64,000 nucleotides of DNA. Source: Octopus sinensis (taxonomy: Eukaryota). Both the position numbers and the translations under genes were made by a program. The stretch spans positions 62,001 to 126,000 of the forward strand of contig NW_021836143.1 in assembly GCF_006345805.1 (NCBI RefSeq), written 5' to 3'. Of this stretch, positions 41,160 to 54,150 are shown one piece after another. Below the pieces are notes generated by a model. It made no database searches. It saw only the letters and a program-made list of their open reading frames with translations, and was not told the DNA's origin. Within the stretch, counting starts at the first letter, position 1; each line of letters opens with the position of its first letter.

Positions 41160-41665
41160 GTGGCATCATGAAAACAAAATCAAAGAAGAATATAATGATG
41201 AGGATAATCCTGTGGGATGCAATGATTCAGTGTGACCATCAGATTAGACATCGGAAACTTGACATTGTTGTGAGGAACAGAAAAAGAAAAAAAACCTTGC
41301 ATGATAATTGACATAGCATGTCCCGATGGCAACAGGATCAAAGAGAAAGAAGAAGAAAAACTGAATTACTATGACAATTTGAAGTGAGAAATATGCATGT
41401 TGTGGGCAATGAAGAGAGTGGACGTGATACCAGTAGTAATTGGCAAGCTTGGAAGTATCAGCACTCAATTACTGACACGACTCAAAAAAGATTGGTACAA
41501 ATGTAAAGATAAAACACCTACAAAAGTCATCATTGCTTGGAACTGCAAGAGTTTTACACAGGATTCTTAAAGCATGATGAGTAAACAAGTGACACCTTCG
41601 GCTGATGGCTGTGGACAGCTGACACTTTCCATCATACCCAGCAAAATAAACTGAGAGTTTTAATC
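41160..41665 (+). mobile_element. R4/Dong-like (restriction-like endonuclease) LINE, 3' relic
   Basis: Frameshifted translation ILWDAMIQCDHQIRHRKLDIVV...CMIIDIACPDGNRIKEKEEEKL...VIPVVIGKLG...LQKSSLLGTARVLHRILKA* is a PD..D-type RLE C-terminus. A short 3' UTR follows. Confidence 0.85.
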
Positions 41666-41687
41666 AAATAATAAAAATAATAATGAT

Positions 41688-41918
41688 AATCCTTTTATTA
41701 TAGGCACAAAGCCTGAAATTTGGGGGAGGGGGATAGTTGATTACATCGACCCCAGTACTCAACTGGTAATTAATTTATTGACCCTGAAAGGATGAAAGGT
41801 AAAGTTGACCTTAGCGCTATTTGAACTCAGAACGTAAAGACAGACGAACTGCCGCTAAGTATTTTGCCTGGCATGTTAACAATTCTGCCAAATAATAATA
41901 ATGATAATATTAATAATG

Positions 41919-41972
<54 letters not shown>

Positions 41973-43217
41973 TTGGTTTCAAATTCTAGCAAAAGTCCAG
42001 CAATTTTGTGGGAGGGGTAAGTTGATTACATCAACCCTACCGTTCAACTGGTACTTATTTTATTGATTCCAAAAGGATGAAAGGCAAAGCCGAAATTGGC
42101 TTTGAATTCAGAATGTAACATTGGATGAAATGCTGCTAAGCATTTTGCCTGTTATGCTAATCAGTTTGCCAGTTCATTGCTTTCATAATAATAATAATAA
42201 TAATAATAATAATCCTTTCTAAATTTCAGGCTTGAAATTTGGAGGAAGGGGGCTAGGTGATTTCATCAACCCCAGTGTTCTACTGGTACTTATTTCATCA
42301 ACCCCAGTGTCTCACTGGTACTTATTTCATTGACCCCGAAAGAATGAAAGGCAAAATCAACCTTGGCAGTATTTGAACTCAGAACATAGAGATGAATGAA
42401 ATACTGCAAAGCATTTTGCTCAGCTTGCTAATGATTCTGCCAGCTCACCACCTTAATCATAATAATAATAATGATACAGTTCTATACTTAAGAGATGAGG
42501 AATTATGTACATTATTTACATTATTTACAATTGATAGATATTTGTCCTCATCTTGTTTGTTCTAAAACCAAACTTTTCAGCTGATATACCCTCCAGCCTT
42601 CATCAGGTGTCTTGGGGAAATTTTGAACCTGGGTTCTCATTCCTAAAGTATTTTCCGATGTTATTATTATTATTATTCAGGTCACTGCATGGAATTGAAC
42701 TCGGAATCTTGGAGTTAGTAGGTAGTGCTCTTAACCACTATGCCATATGCCTGCGGGCATATGGCGTTGTGGTTAAGAGTGCAGGCTACTAATCTCAAGA
42801 TTCCGAGTTCGATTCCAGGCAGTGACCTGAATAATAATAATAACAACAACATCGACAAATACTTTAGGAATGAGAACTCAGGTTCGAAATTTCCCCAAGA
42901 CACCTGATGAAGGCTGGAGGGTATATCAGCCAAAATGTTGGGTTAACAACAAACAAGATGAGGACGAATATCTGTCAATTGTAAATAATGTAAATAATAA
43001 TGATCTGTTCTACTGTAGGCACAATGCCTGAAATTTGGGGGGTGGGGCTAATCGAATACATCAAACACCAGTGCATAACTGGTACTTATTTCACTGACCC
43101 TGAAAGAATGAAAAGCAAAGTCGACCTTGTTGGAATTTGAATTCAGAACGTGAAGACAGATGAAATACTGCTAAGCACTTTACCTGGGATGCTAGTGATT
43201 CAGCCAGCTTGCCGCCG
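41688..43217 (-). mobile_element. Second head-to-tail array of family-C SINEs (~41688-41890, 41971-42180, 42213-42455, 43005-43217)
   Basis: Same consensus as 4475-5290, separated by (AAT)n runs and interrupted by the 42511-42998 palindrome. Confidence 0.87.
42511..42998. mobile_element. Head-to-head palindromic dimer of a tRNA-headed, hammerhead-bearing unit
   Basis: ~240-bp arms around a 4-nt centre (42752-42755). Each arm reads outward as A box (TGGCRTWGTGG), B box (GAGTTCRATTCC), (AAT)n, then gacac-CTGATGA-a-ggctg..cagc(c/t)-(G/A)AA. Confidence 0.88.
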
Positions 43218-44697
43218 TAATAATAATGACGATGATGATGATGATAATAAACAGTAGCAACATAAAGTAAGGAGAAATGATTACATACATTATTTTGTTC
43301 AGTCTATTTTTCATATTTGATATCAATATTCTTTGAAAGAGTCCGCACTCTTTTGTCAAATATGTTGTTGTAATGTGAATCTATGAACCTGACTTGATAA
43401 ACAGCAGTGGATTTCCTACTTTTGTGTTCATTTCCTATGCAAAAGAGGTCACCAATGTCACCAAAGTTACACTTCCTATATTCTTAACCTTAACAAGCAA
43501 CAAGCTGCAAGTTAATACAAAAGCGACATAATCTATATGCACCACAAGTGCATCACGTAACCATTTAGTTAGATTCAAAGGTTGACTAAGTGCACTCTCA
43601 TTGCCATGGTAAACCTGCAGGAAATGATAGCTGTATCAGTGTAACACCAGTTCAAAAATAAAGCAGCAAGTATGAAACCTGAATACAAAAGCAACAACAT
43701 TATTGACAATGGCTTGTAGATTAGTATATAAACGTTTTATACTTAACGCAGTACTTTACTTCCTTCTAGCATTTGAATTTAAAAATTAGCTTGAATCAAA
43801 CTATATAACAATGAATCTAACATCAAGGAACAAACATTTGCTTTAAGAAATCATACATATGTCTGAGTTTGTAAAACTTCAAGCTAATTCTAGCAGGGGA
43901 AAAGTATGCACTATGGGAGAAAAATCACAGGAGGTATCTGGATATCATGACAAAGCTATCCCTCTTCAGAGATGATGATGTTGAAATACTGCAACCTTAT
44001 TCATTCCCAGTTGTCTTTCCTTTCATGTTCTCTAAAGAGAATCTGGGGTGTAGTTGAAAAAAAGTGTGTTCCCAAAATATACTCCATTCTAATAGTTCAA
44101 GAGATCAATTTTGTCAGAAGTCTGTATTCTTGTGATCTATTTTAGTTCACAACAGTAATATTGATTACAGTCAGTGCTACCTATAATAGTCAATAACATT
44201 GTTAATGTACTTTGGTCTCTTGAGGAATACTAGACTTAGGAGACTGGTGCAAGTAAGCACATGATTGCTTTTGCTTTTACTTGAAAGATTGCTACTGGTT
44301 CAATTGAAGAATATTTTCACTCATTACAGAAGAGGGAGACAGAGGGAAAATACGATAAAATGAAACAAAAATGGAAAAGGGAATGTTAAAAATAAAGAAA
44401 GAACATTGTTAAGTTGTAGACTTTCAGCTGTCACAAACTAGAAACTGACATTCTTGTAAAGATAGCATGTCCTCATTTTGACTCAGATAAACAGCAGAAT
44501 ATCAAAACACATGTTTTCAAAATATGTTAAAAATGAGTGTTTTCTGGAGATGGATCAAACAAACAATTGAGCGGAGATTTTATAGATCAAATATCAATAC
44601 CATAAAAAAAAAAACGAAAAAAACAAAAAACAAATAATTAAATAATCCAATGTAAGAGCTCCTAATAAGCCATTTGATTTGCTGAAATAGCAACTAA

Positions 44698-45092
44698 TCT
44701 TTATATATAAAAGTGAAATTGTGTGTCTGTCTCCTACGATTTAGATTCTTAACTACTCCCACATTTTGCGGTGCAGTTTAACCAAAAGCGGGTATCTTAT
44801 AGTCGTGATTCATATCGAGCCCTTCTGGGTATTAGTGCGCATCTACGATGAGTCTACGATTTAAAAAAAAATTTACCATAATTTTTTTTCCATTTTTAAT
44901 GCATTTTTTGCTATTATATAAGGGAAGTAACTCTCTAATAATGTATTATTAAATCTCAGAACGTAAATAGCTACAGTAACACCCCCCTTTGTGGTTAGCC
45001 ATATTGAGATGGCTATTATACTTTACATCTCTAAAAATGCTTATATAGTTATTTCCCTTACAAACCCGAGCAACGCCAGGCGATACTGCTAG
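44698..45092 (+). mobile_element. Non-autonomous Helitron
   Basis: A|TCTTTATATATAAAAGTGAAATTG ... CAAACCCGAGCAACGCCAGGCGATACTGCTAG|T, with a GC-rich subterminal hairpin region. Confidence 0.82.
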
Positions 45093-45409
45093 TTTTTTTT
45101 ACAAAAATCACAGTTCATTTCTTTAAAACAGAAGGGCATATTGGAATATGTAGTCCTGGATGTAATTTGTTGCACAATAAAAGGAGTTATCAAGTCTAAC
45201 ATATTATTGGTTAAAGCTTTTATTTGATTAAAGCTGAGTGGGCATTTTTTTCTATTTTGTGGTAGGGAAGACAACACCCAAAACTTGTTTTATTTTTATA
45301 GGGTGAAGGGGACTATTAAACTGATGAGTGGAACTTTGAGTTACCCTCAAATCAGACTGAGTTACCCTCAAACCTAACTGGAGTACTCCCAATAGTGAAC
45401 TTTCTAAAG

Positions 45410-45660
45410 CAGTGGTTCTCAACCAAGGTTCATATGGCCCAGGGGAGGGTTCCAAATAAGATTTTGCTGTTAAAATTTATGTGAAATAAATTGCTTATAC
45501 TTTTACAATACACAAAATATTCTAAATTTTTTAAATACATTTCCTAATAATATTTAAGTATAAGAATACAGTAGGATGGTTTTTTTTTCATACACATTGA
45601 ATGACTATAGAGGTCCAGTTGAGTAAAATAGGAACCAAAGAGGACCATACGCAAAAATGG
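45410..45660 (+). mobile_element. Truncated hAT/Charlie-type MITE
   Basis: Left TIR cagtggttctcaacc is present; the right TIR was not found. Confidence 0.5.
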
Positions 45661-46160
45661 CACCCAGCAATCAGGTAGTGAATTAAACTGGGAGACAGAT
45701 TAAGTCCATCATTTAAGGTATATGGTTAAACATAAATGTGAAAAAAATCATTCGAATATTAAAATAAAAATTCATTGATACTCATAGAAATAAAGTACAG
45801 ATAATTCAGGCATTCATGGAACAGAAAATAAATGGGTTATACATAGAGTACCAAATGAACCATTGAGAGGGTTTCTATAACTGTCTTTTGGGTCTCTAAA
45901 ACTTAAAATGTAAGGCATAGCAATGTGACCAGACAGTGGCTTAATAAACAGGAATTATGTTTATGGAACCATTCAGGACAATTGCTTTTATTGGCCTACA
46001 CTATATTGACCACTTTTTAAATACATATTGCCTGCAAGATACGCAACATTGCTTCTCCCAGATTTAAAATTTTAGAAATCTTTTTTCCTAAAGACAAATT
46101 AATACATTCATGACTTTCTGGTGAAACACATAGTTCTAGATCATTATTAGTTACATTTGA

Positions 46161-46881
46161 AAATTAGGCATTTCTTTAGAAGCGCATCTCTCGAAGGAAA
46201 TGATGCCTAATTTCTAAAAAAATTATGAAAATAGGAAATATATCCAAAATAAATGAAATATGCAAAAAATTAGGAAGATTCAACTATTTAAAAATATTTT
46301 ATACTAAAAAAATAAAACATAGAAAATGGGCACTCGCAAATATAAACAAACATATCGGACGATGTATCAGATATTATTAATGATACGAGGGGCCCAACAA
46401 TAACGTTTGCAAATTCTTGATAGGTTTTAATCAGATTTTTTACTGTGCACACTGGTTAGGGTTAGTGTTAGTTTTAGGGTTAGGGTTAGGTGGTGTGCAC
46501 TCACTTTACCTTTGCCCATTTTATGATGTGATATTTCCTGTTCAGACACAAAATCTGACATAATAGTATATATTAGTTATAAACTGACTTTTAGGAAATA
46601 AAAATTGGGAAACGATCTTCTTACAATTCGCAGACGATATTGTTTGGCCCCTTGTATCATTAGTAATATCTGACTGGTAAAAGTAAGTTATCGTCCGACA
46701 TGTTTTTTATATTCTTTTCCGCATTTTAGTTTTTAGTATAAAATATTTAAAAATAGATGAATCTTCTGAAGTTTTTTTGCATGCTTCATTTATTTTAGAT
46801 GTATTTCCCATTTTCATAACTTTTTAGCAAGTAAATATCATTTCCTTGGAGAGGTGTGCTTCTAAAGAAGCGCCGAAAATT
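46161..46881. mobile_element. Foldback element with ~255-bp TIRs and an internal TTAGGG-like tract
   Basis: 46161-46415 versus 46625-46881: diverged reverse complement. The spacer contains ttagggttagtgttagttttagggttagggttagg (about 46455-46490). Confidence 0.8.
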
Positions 46882-47397
46882 ATAAGAAATAAAACAAATA
46901 ATGTAATATTATATTTGATTGAGATAGTGATTGTTGTTGGTCAGCTCTGATTGAGCATACCTATGATAAAAGTATTCTAGTCGCAATCACCCTGCTTATT
47001 ATTTTCTGTGGTAGGTGAGATATCTAGGAGTGAATTATCTAATATGTGTCCTTTAATTTTAAAACTGAGTACTGATTATCTAAAAGTGATTGGTGTAGTT
47101 TTTTCTATCAGGTTGAGTGGTCTTATAAATGCTTCTATCAGGTTGAGTGGTCTTATAAATGCTTCTTGATTGATTTGAGTGGTGGTTATAATATTTAGAG
47201 GTGTAATTGAAGATAATGCATACAGCTTCAGCTGACTAAAGATTGGAATATATACAGTGTTTGATGGCTCAGCTGTGTTTTCCACATACCTGTATCAAGA
47301 AATTTACTACAATGGTGCCATGTAGAGTATTTGGTCATATTCCTGCAGAATAATCAATAATACTTGTAAAATACCCCAACTGAAGAAGCCTTTATGT

Positions 47398-47617
47398 AGT
47401 CATCTGACTGGCAAGAAATTGCAGCCAAATGCCCCCTCAGAATGGCTCAAACCATCTTAAATAAAAGGAATGAATAACACTGCTCTAAATACATTATGTC
47501 AATGTATAATGTTGTCCTAAATACCTTATTCCTGCAAAAAAGTGAAGATGATCATAACTGGAAAACCTTTGATCATGGCTATCTTTGATCAGAGTTGACC
47601 TGGGGCTAAACAACATC
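47398..47617 (+). mobile_element. Degraded SINE family E (related copies near 5720, 22745-22945, 38790-38900)
   Basis: Recurrent motif cat(t/c)tgac(c/t)(t/g)gc(t/a)agaa(a/t)t(a/g)gcagccaaat ... ctttgatcat ... ggggctaaacaacaac. Confidence 0.6.
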
Positions 47618-49098
47618 ACATAGATTCATCCACACCTGTGCTCTATGAAACAGATCTAAAGTCCTCTCTCCAATACATTATACACAGATTGCTTAGAATA
47701 ATCTAAGCAGGGGTAGTAGTAGCAGCAGGTAACTGAATTGAAATTGATTCAAGAAATTCATTAATATGATGGTAGAGTGAACAGAACAGTGTTCTGGTGA
47801 ACAAATGAATTCATCAGAATTTGGTTTGGTTAAATAAAAATAATTTTGTAGATTTATCAATATCTAGCTGTCATGATACAACTAGAAATATAAATCCAGA
47901 TCATGAGAATAAATATGATGATGATAATAATATTGCTTTTGATGATATATTTAGCATCTGAAAAAATTATAGTTGAGAAAGAAATTCAAAATTTTACATC
48001 TTTAATTAAAATGTCAGCTGTTTTGGTAGAGAGCAGATATTGAAGAAGAAACTAAAGAGATTGATGAAGGGGAATTCTTTCAAGAAATCTGTAAAAATTT
48101 GCATCTGCTGTAAAACCTGATTAAAATAGTAGGGTATTTCTTTCATATTAAGAAATAACATGTGATGTGATACAGGATAATTATTATCACCTTTACACAT
48201 GCCACTGTGCTAATAACAGTATAATTGAAGTTCTTTGATTGAGTCCAGTATTTTCAACATCAGAAATAACAATAACAGAGTTAAATATGGTGATTAGGGA
48301 AAATATTAGGAGTTAGTTAACATTGTTCTCAGACCGAGAAAGAAAGGAAGAGAACTCTAAAGTTTTTTGCTTCCTCACCTGTCATCAGCAGAAGTATAAC
48401 CATCCCTGGTACACTAGCAAAATGAGTCACTCCAAAAATGTGCAAACTTTTGGAAGTTGGGGAAAATAAATAATTTTCTATTTAACTATTATGATGTTAA
48501 TCAATTTTTCTTTATTATTTTTATTTAAAGTTTATTGTTTTTACTCAGAGTCACATTACATGTGAAATGGGCATTGTTATCATAAACAAAAGATAAATGA
48601 AAAAAGATAAAGAACAGAACTAAAATTTTGGACTTAAAGAATGCATCACTTTTACTTTTGGCTGAAACTTCAATTATTGATGGAATATTTTTTTTCTTTC
48701 ATTTTAGTTATAAAACCTGAAGAAAGAAGCCAAGTAAAGGTGAAAATAAGAAACTGCTACAACGGAAACTGCTTGGAGCTTAGCCATAGCTTTTAGTCCT
48801 ATGTACCTATTGTTTTTAACCTCTGACTAGAGCTAGAAGGCCAAGCATAAAAAAAGTTTGTGTGTGGGTGTTTATAGATATACATTCATACATATATATA
48901 TATATAAGACCTTATTGTATACAATGCTCAGGTACACATTTGTGTATATGAGTGCTCACACACAAACATCAAATACACTTATATGTGTTAATACAGATCT
49001 ATACATAGGAATGTGTGTGTGAGTGTGCATGCAAACAATATAGAAAAGTGGACAAACAATATAGAAAAGTGGACATAAAATGATGATGATGATATGTG

Positions 49099-49129
<31 letters not shown>

Positions 49130-50222
49130 ACTTGTGTGTGTGTCTGTGCATACATGTATGTAAGTATATGCATATACGACAATGGTAAAAAAATCTCATG
49201 TCCACTCAGATTACTAAGATATATATAAGTAAAGAAAGAAAAGGAAAAATAAGGGTTATGAGTTGTTTGTCTAAAACTGAAGGAATGCCAAATCATCAGT
49301 TCTTGGCTGAAGCCTTTGGATTTTGGTTGGGATACTTTGATGTATTTCGGAAGAAACTAATTACCTGAAGGCCTTCTTCCAATCAGCATTAACTTTATTC
49401 TTTATCTTGTTAAGTTCTTTGCATTTTGCATCGCATTTCTTTTTAAAGTTTGTTCTTTTTCAGTTTGTTACATTTTTGCTTATTTCATCTAGCTAGTTTT
49501 AGTAGTAGTATGGCAACAATGCATTGAAAATCCTGGACTTGTGACCCACAAGTCATAAGTTCTTAATCAGCTGTAGGCACCATACTTATCTAACTTCACT
49601 AAACATAGATACACTTGTGCTCTATGGGTGACCCTAAAAGCAGTTACAACTCTATGAAGACAAAAAAGTGTATGACATAATACATGATGTTTATATATTA
49701 ATTATTATCTTGTAATTTAATCTGGAGGAAAAAGGTAGTTTCAAACCTTTCCATGCTTTCATAGAAAAGGTGATAGAAATAAGTGATTTGAGTTAATATT
49801 CTTGGTGTTCAGCTCAGGTTCCTTATAAGAGAAAGCCTTGATGGAGAATTGGGTAAAAGGGAATTGTCTAGCATTTAGTGAGTCATGGTTGCAGTGATAG
49901 GATATGAGGCTGCTGAAATTATAAGGTTTGGGATGAGAAATCAGTAATCTCTCAGAACAGAAAATATTGTAGAAGCAATCAAGGTAAGACATGACAGAAA
50001 CAGCTTGATAATGAGGTAGTTAGCCTCTATTGAATAACGATCAGTTACATTTGCAGAGAGTTAGAAATTTAAAATGGAGTTGGGTTATAATTGATTAAAT
50101 CAACTCCTAATACAATACTAGTCTGCATTCTATCACTGAAAATGGATGGAAAACAAAGATGATAGAATTTGAACACAGAAGCTAAAGGGATGTTAGTAAA
50201 CACTGGAGAAGAATTGTAATTC

Positions 50223-50270
<48 letters not shown>

Positions 50271-50539
50271 CCAGCAGCTAAGCCCGATTTCACCTGGTCG
50301 GTTTGGAAGATGTGGCTGTAAAATCTGCTCTGTGTAAGCATTCAACTTGTTTTGGCATGCATATGTTAAAAAACAATTTTAGAAGGACTTTTTTTCTGTC
50401 AAAACGCTAAAAATAACTGACCAAAAAAAAAAAAAAAAAACAACCAAGATTCAACTAAATCAAAAAATAAACCCAAATACTAAGCCGAACAAAGATGAAC
50501 CATCCCACTTCCACACACAAGCACATAAATATATTTATC

Positions 50540-50750
50540 TAATGTAGGCACAAAGCCTGAAATTAGGGGATGGAGGGGGGGCTTGTTTATTACATCAACC
50601 CCATTGCATAACTGGTACTTATTTTACCAACCCCCACAAGGATGAAAGGCAAAGTCAACCCCGGCAGCATTTGAACTCAGAACATAAAGGCAGATGAAAT
50701 TCTGCTAAACATTTTGTTTGGCATAGTAACATTTCTGCCAGCTCACAATC
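50540..50750 (-). mobile_element. Family-C SINE, single copy
   Basis: Matches the copies in both arrays. Confidence 0.85.
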
Positions 50751-51249
50751 TTACACATGTGCATTAATACTATATGTATACACTTTGAACTGCATAGTAA
50801 AGTGCTTTTTACTTTTACTATAATTTGTAGTCTAGGTCAATACCACATGTCACATCGTATTTAAAGTAATTTTTTTTTTTAATAATTTCTATATATTTTT
50901 GGTGGTTTTCTGTATTATATTTTGATATGACTTTATTGAGACAGGTAGTCTTATTCCAGTATCACACAGTACTATAGACATGTGAATAGAACTTTGAAAT
51001 ATATGATACCATATTTGATAAGAACTTCCATTAAAACAGTTTCAGTGTTTCTATCTGTATATATAAATGTATGTACTGTACACACATATACATGCACACA
51101 CAGAACACTATAATGGTAATTATGGTCTACACAGGGACTGTAATACACAGAATGAAGAGTGTTCAAGACTACATAAGGACTATAATATAAATGACCAAAA
51201 GTTTTGCAAAATAAGCTTCAGGAAAGTAGAGGTCAAATCAACATAAATC

Positions 51250-53520
51250 AGAGATCAAATCAACTTCATATTCACCAAACAGTGAGATAGAGACAAACAG
51301 CTGTGAATATTCAGTTTCTTCCTCCAGGAGAAGAATATTCTCTTCAACATAGGCTTAAGATTAATGACAAGGTTAAGAACTACAGAAACCTGTAGACACA
51401 ATTTGGAGAAGGAGCATATGGAAGCTGAAAATACTCCAGCCAGATGTAGGCCCATAGAAATACATAGTTACAGATATGTTGTGAAGAAAGATGCAAAAGT
51501 GACCTATTACACAGAAGACAAATGAAAGTGTCTACAAGACAATTTGCTGCATGTTACAAACCAAATGTGTGGATGGAGCGGGTTCCATCCCATCATGAAG
51601 TGACCTGAAAGTGAAGAGACAAGCTACAAAATAATGCGAGTAGTAAGGAACAATGTAAGGTAACTAGAAGGCGCAGGAGTGGCTGTGTGGTAAGTAGCTT
51701 GTTTACCAACCACATGGTTCCGGGTTCAGTCCCACTGCATGGCACCTTGGGCAAGTGTCTTCTACTATAGCCTCGGGCCGACCAAAGCCTTGTGAGTGGT
51801 TTTGCTAGACGGAAACTGAAAGAAGCCCGTCGTATATATATGTATATATATATATATGCGTGTGTGTGTTTGTGTGTCTGTGTTTGTCCCCCTAGCATTG
51901 CTTGACAACCGATGCTGGTGTGTTTATGTCCCCGTTACTTAGCGGTTCGGCAAAAGAGACCGATAGGATAAGTACTGGGCTTACAAAAGAATAAGTCCCT
52001 GGGTCGAGTTGCTTGATTAAAGGCGGTGCTAAAGCATGGCCACAGTCAAATGACTGAAAAGAGTAAAAGAGTAAAGAGAGAAAGAGAAGGGCTCATAGAA
52101 AATTTACATCAGATGAGTTTAGTAAAGAGAAAAATATAAAGTAAAAGATTTGCCAATGAACTGTGAAGGGAAGATATATGCAAGGCATTCTGAATTACAA
52201 AGCAATGTGTTGGTATGAATCAGGACATTGTAGGTGCAAAACATATATGAAATTACATAGGACAATTGCCTTCATAGATGTTGAGAAGAAATGCTACTAA
52301 GAGTGAGAGGTGAAGAACAAGACGACTTGAAGTAGACCCAACATATGACTTAATACTGAAATTAGCAGCTATATGTTTGAAATGGGCATTAGGAACATAA
52401 AAGCTTGGAAAGCAGGTGTTCAATCTGGAATAGCCGTGGAGATGTTTAAAATATTTGCTGAAGTAGGACATGCACTAATCATTTGCTTATTCAACCAAAT
52501 AATACAGTAAAGAGGCATTCCCAATAACCAGTGTAATAGTATTATTAGAAGCTGCTATATCTATATAAGCGATGCTTTGCAAAGAGGAAGTACGGAAAAA
52601 TCAAACTGAACCATGCTGGTCCAGTTATAACATAAAGAGTTATAACACGTTTTGGAAGAAAATTAGTTGATATGTGATGCAATTAAAGTTTGTGTAAGGG
52701 AAGGATACCACTGCTTCTTTCTTTCCTAGTGAGACAGCCACAAATTTTCTCTGTAAAGATCAGACAATTAGTCCTAACTTGCCAGGCATACGGTGTACTC
52801 AGTGTAAACCAAGGGTGAACAACAAATACAGTGAGACCCAAGCAAACTTGCAGAAATGACTTTGTAATTAGTGGTTACACAAGAGTAGTTAACAGCAAGA
52901 GCACATATAAAAATAAAGCCTTTCAAATGCTTAGATAGCTCTCTAGAAATAGTTGATAGTGTCTGTTAATATAAAAAACATAATTAGCAGGGAAACAATG
53001 TGTTTTAGAAGCACAGATGCCAGAGTAAGAACAGGGTAGGAAAATTTCAAAGAAACAATACCTCTATTAGCTACAAATGTGATTTTCTCTCTCAAGGGAG
53101 GGTAGACAGTATGATGTGTTTGTATGGAGAGTAATACTGCACTGTAGAGAAACACTGGTATTGAATGAAGAAGTGTAAAGGAGTGAAATAAATGAAGCAG
53201 GTGTATATCACTAGTGTATAATGTTTGTGTGTGAGAATGATAGGTCAAGTGAGCTGTGAGAAAAATTGGGTATAAGAGCAATCAGTATGCAAGAAGGACA
53301 ACTGATTTAGTATAGATACCTGATGCATGTGGAGGATGACATTTAGGTACAGGAGTGCTAAGCAACTTAAATCACAGGAGCAAAGGAAGACAGGCAAAGA
53401 ACAGTGAAAGCTCACTGCAGGAAGTAAAGACTTACACAGGAGATAACAAAAGACCATAACAAGTGGCAAGAAGTTCTGCTATAGAAACAGCATACAACTG
53501 ATAGCAGCATGAAAGAACAG
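51250..53520 (+). mobile_element. Highly degraded RTE (BovB-like) LINE, interrupted by a family-A SINE
   Basis: Plus-strand remnants KAGVQSGIAVEMFKIFAEVGHALIICLFNQII..GIPN...DALQRG and LEIVDS...ARVRTG.ENFKETIPLLAT align with the RTE RT domain and its C-terminus. Confidence 0.7.
51669..52075 (+). mobile_element. tRNA-derived SINE, family A, full length
   Basis: Head ggcgcaggagtggctgtgtggtaag...ggttcagtccc (A/B boxes), internal (TA)/(TG) tract, tail gactgaaaagagtaaaagagtaaa. Confidence 0.92.
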
Positions 53521-53744
53521 ATAGGAAAGCTGGAAGAACAGAAGAAATACTCTAAAACAATAAAATTGAAAAGCACAATTCATCTCTCTCCCTCTACACA
53601 CACACACAGAGGTTTTGTCAGATTATGAGAATACTGTCACCTAAGAAAGTGAATACATAAAGAGAAGAATCGTATCAAAATTTAGAGTTAAGATTAATGA
53701 GTTTAAGAATTCTTCAAGCAATATTAGTAGTTCTTATATGTATA

Positions 53745-54150
53745 TACTCTTTACTCTTTCACTTGATTCAGTCATGTGACTGTGGCCATGCTGGAGCACC
53801 GCCTTTAGTTGATCAAATCTACCCCAGGACTTATTCTTTGTAAGCCTAGTACTTATTTTATTGGTCTCTTTTTGCCAAACCGCTAAGTTACGGGGACGTT
53901 ACGGGGACGTATACATATCAGAATCGGTTGTCAAGCGATGTTGGGGGGACAAACACAGACACACAAACACGCACATACACATATATACGACGAGCTTCTT
54001 TCAGTTTCCATCTACCAAATCCACTCACAAGTCTTTGGTCGGCCCGAGGCTATAGTAGAAGACACTTACCCAAGGTGCCATGCAGTGGGCCTGAACTCGG
54101 AACCATGTGGTTCGTAAGCAAGCTACTTACCACACAGCTACTCCTGCGCC
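53745..54150 (-). mobile_element. tRNA-derived SINE, family A
   Basis: Full-length copy with an internal 11-bp tandem duplication (gttacggggac x2). Confidence 0.9.

Noticed and set aside
42756-42826. tRNA gene call for the palindrome heads and for the SINE A, C and D heads
   Set aside because: A and B boxes are present but no complete cloverleaf or acceptor stem; treated as tRNA-derived promoters.
47103-47165. 30-bp tandem duplication; also 21-bp at 49033-49074, 15-bp at 45337-45372, 20-bp at 7107-7157
   Set aside because: Ordinary two-copy slippage duplications; not CRISPR-like, with no spacer series.
48379-48410. MVILLLMT followed by an AG|gtgagg donor, a possible signal-peptide exon
   Set aside because: Too short, with no supporting acceptor, promoter or homology.
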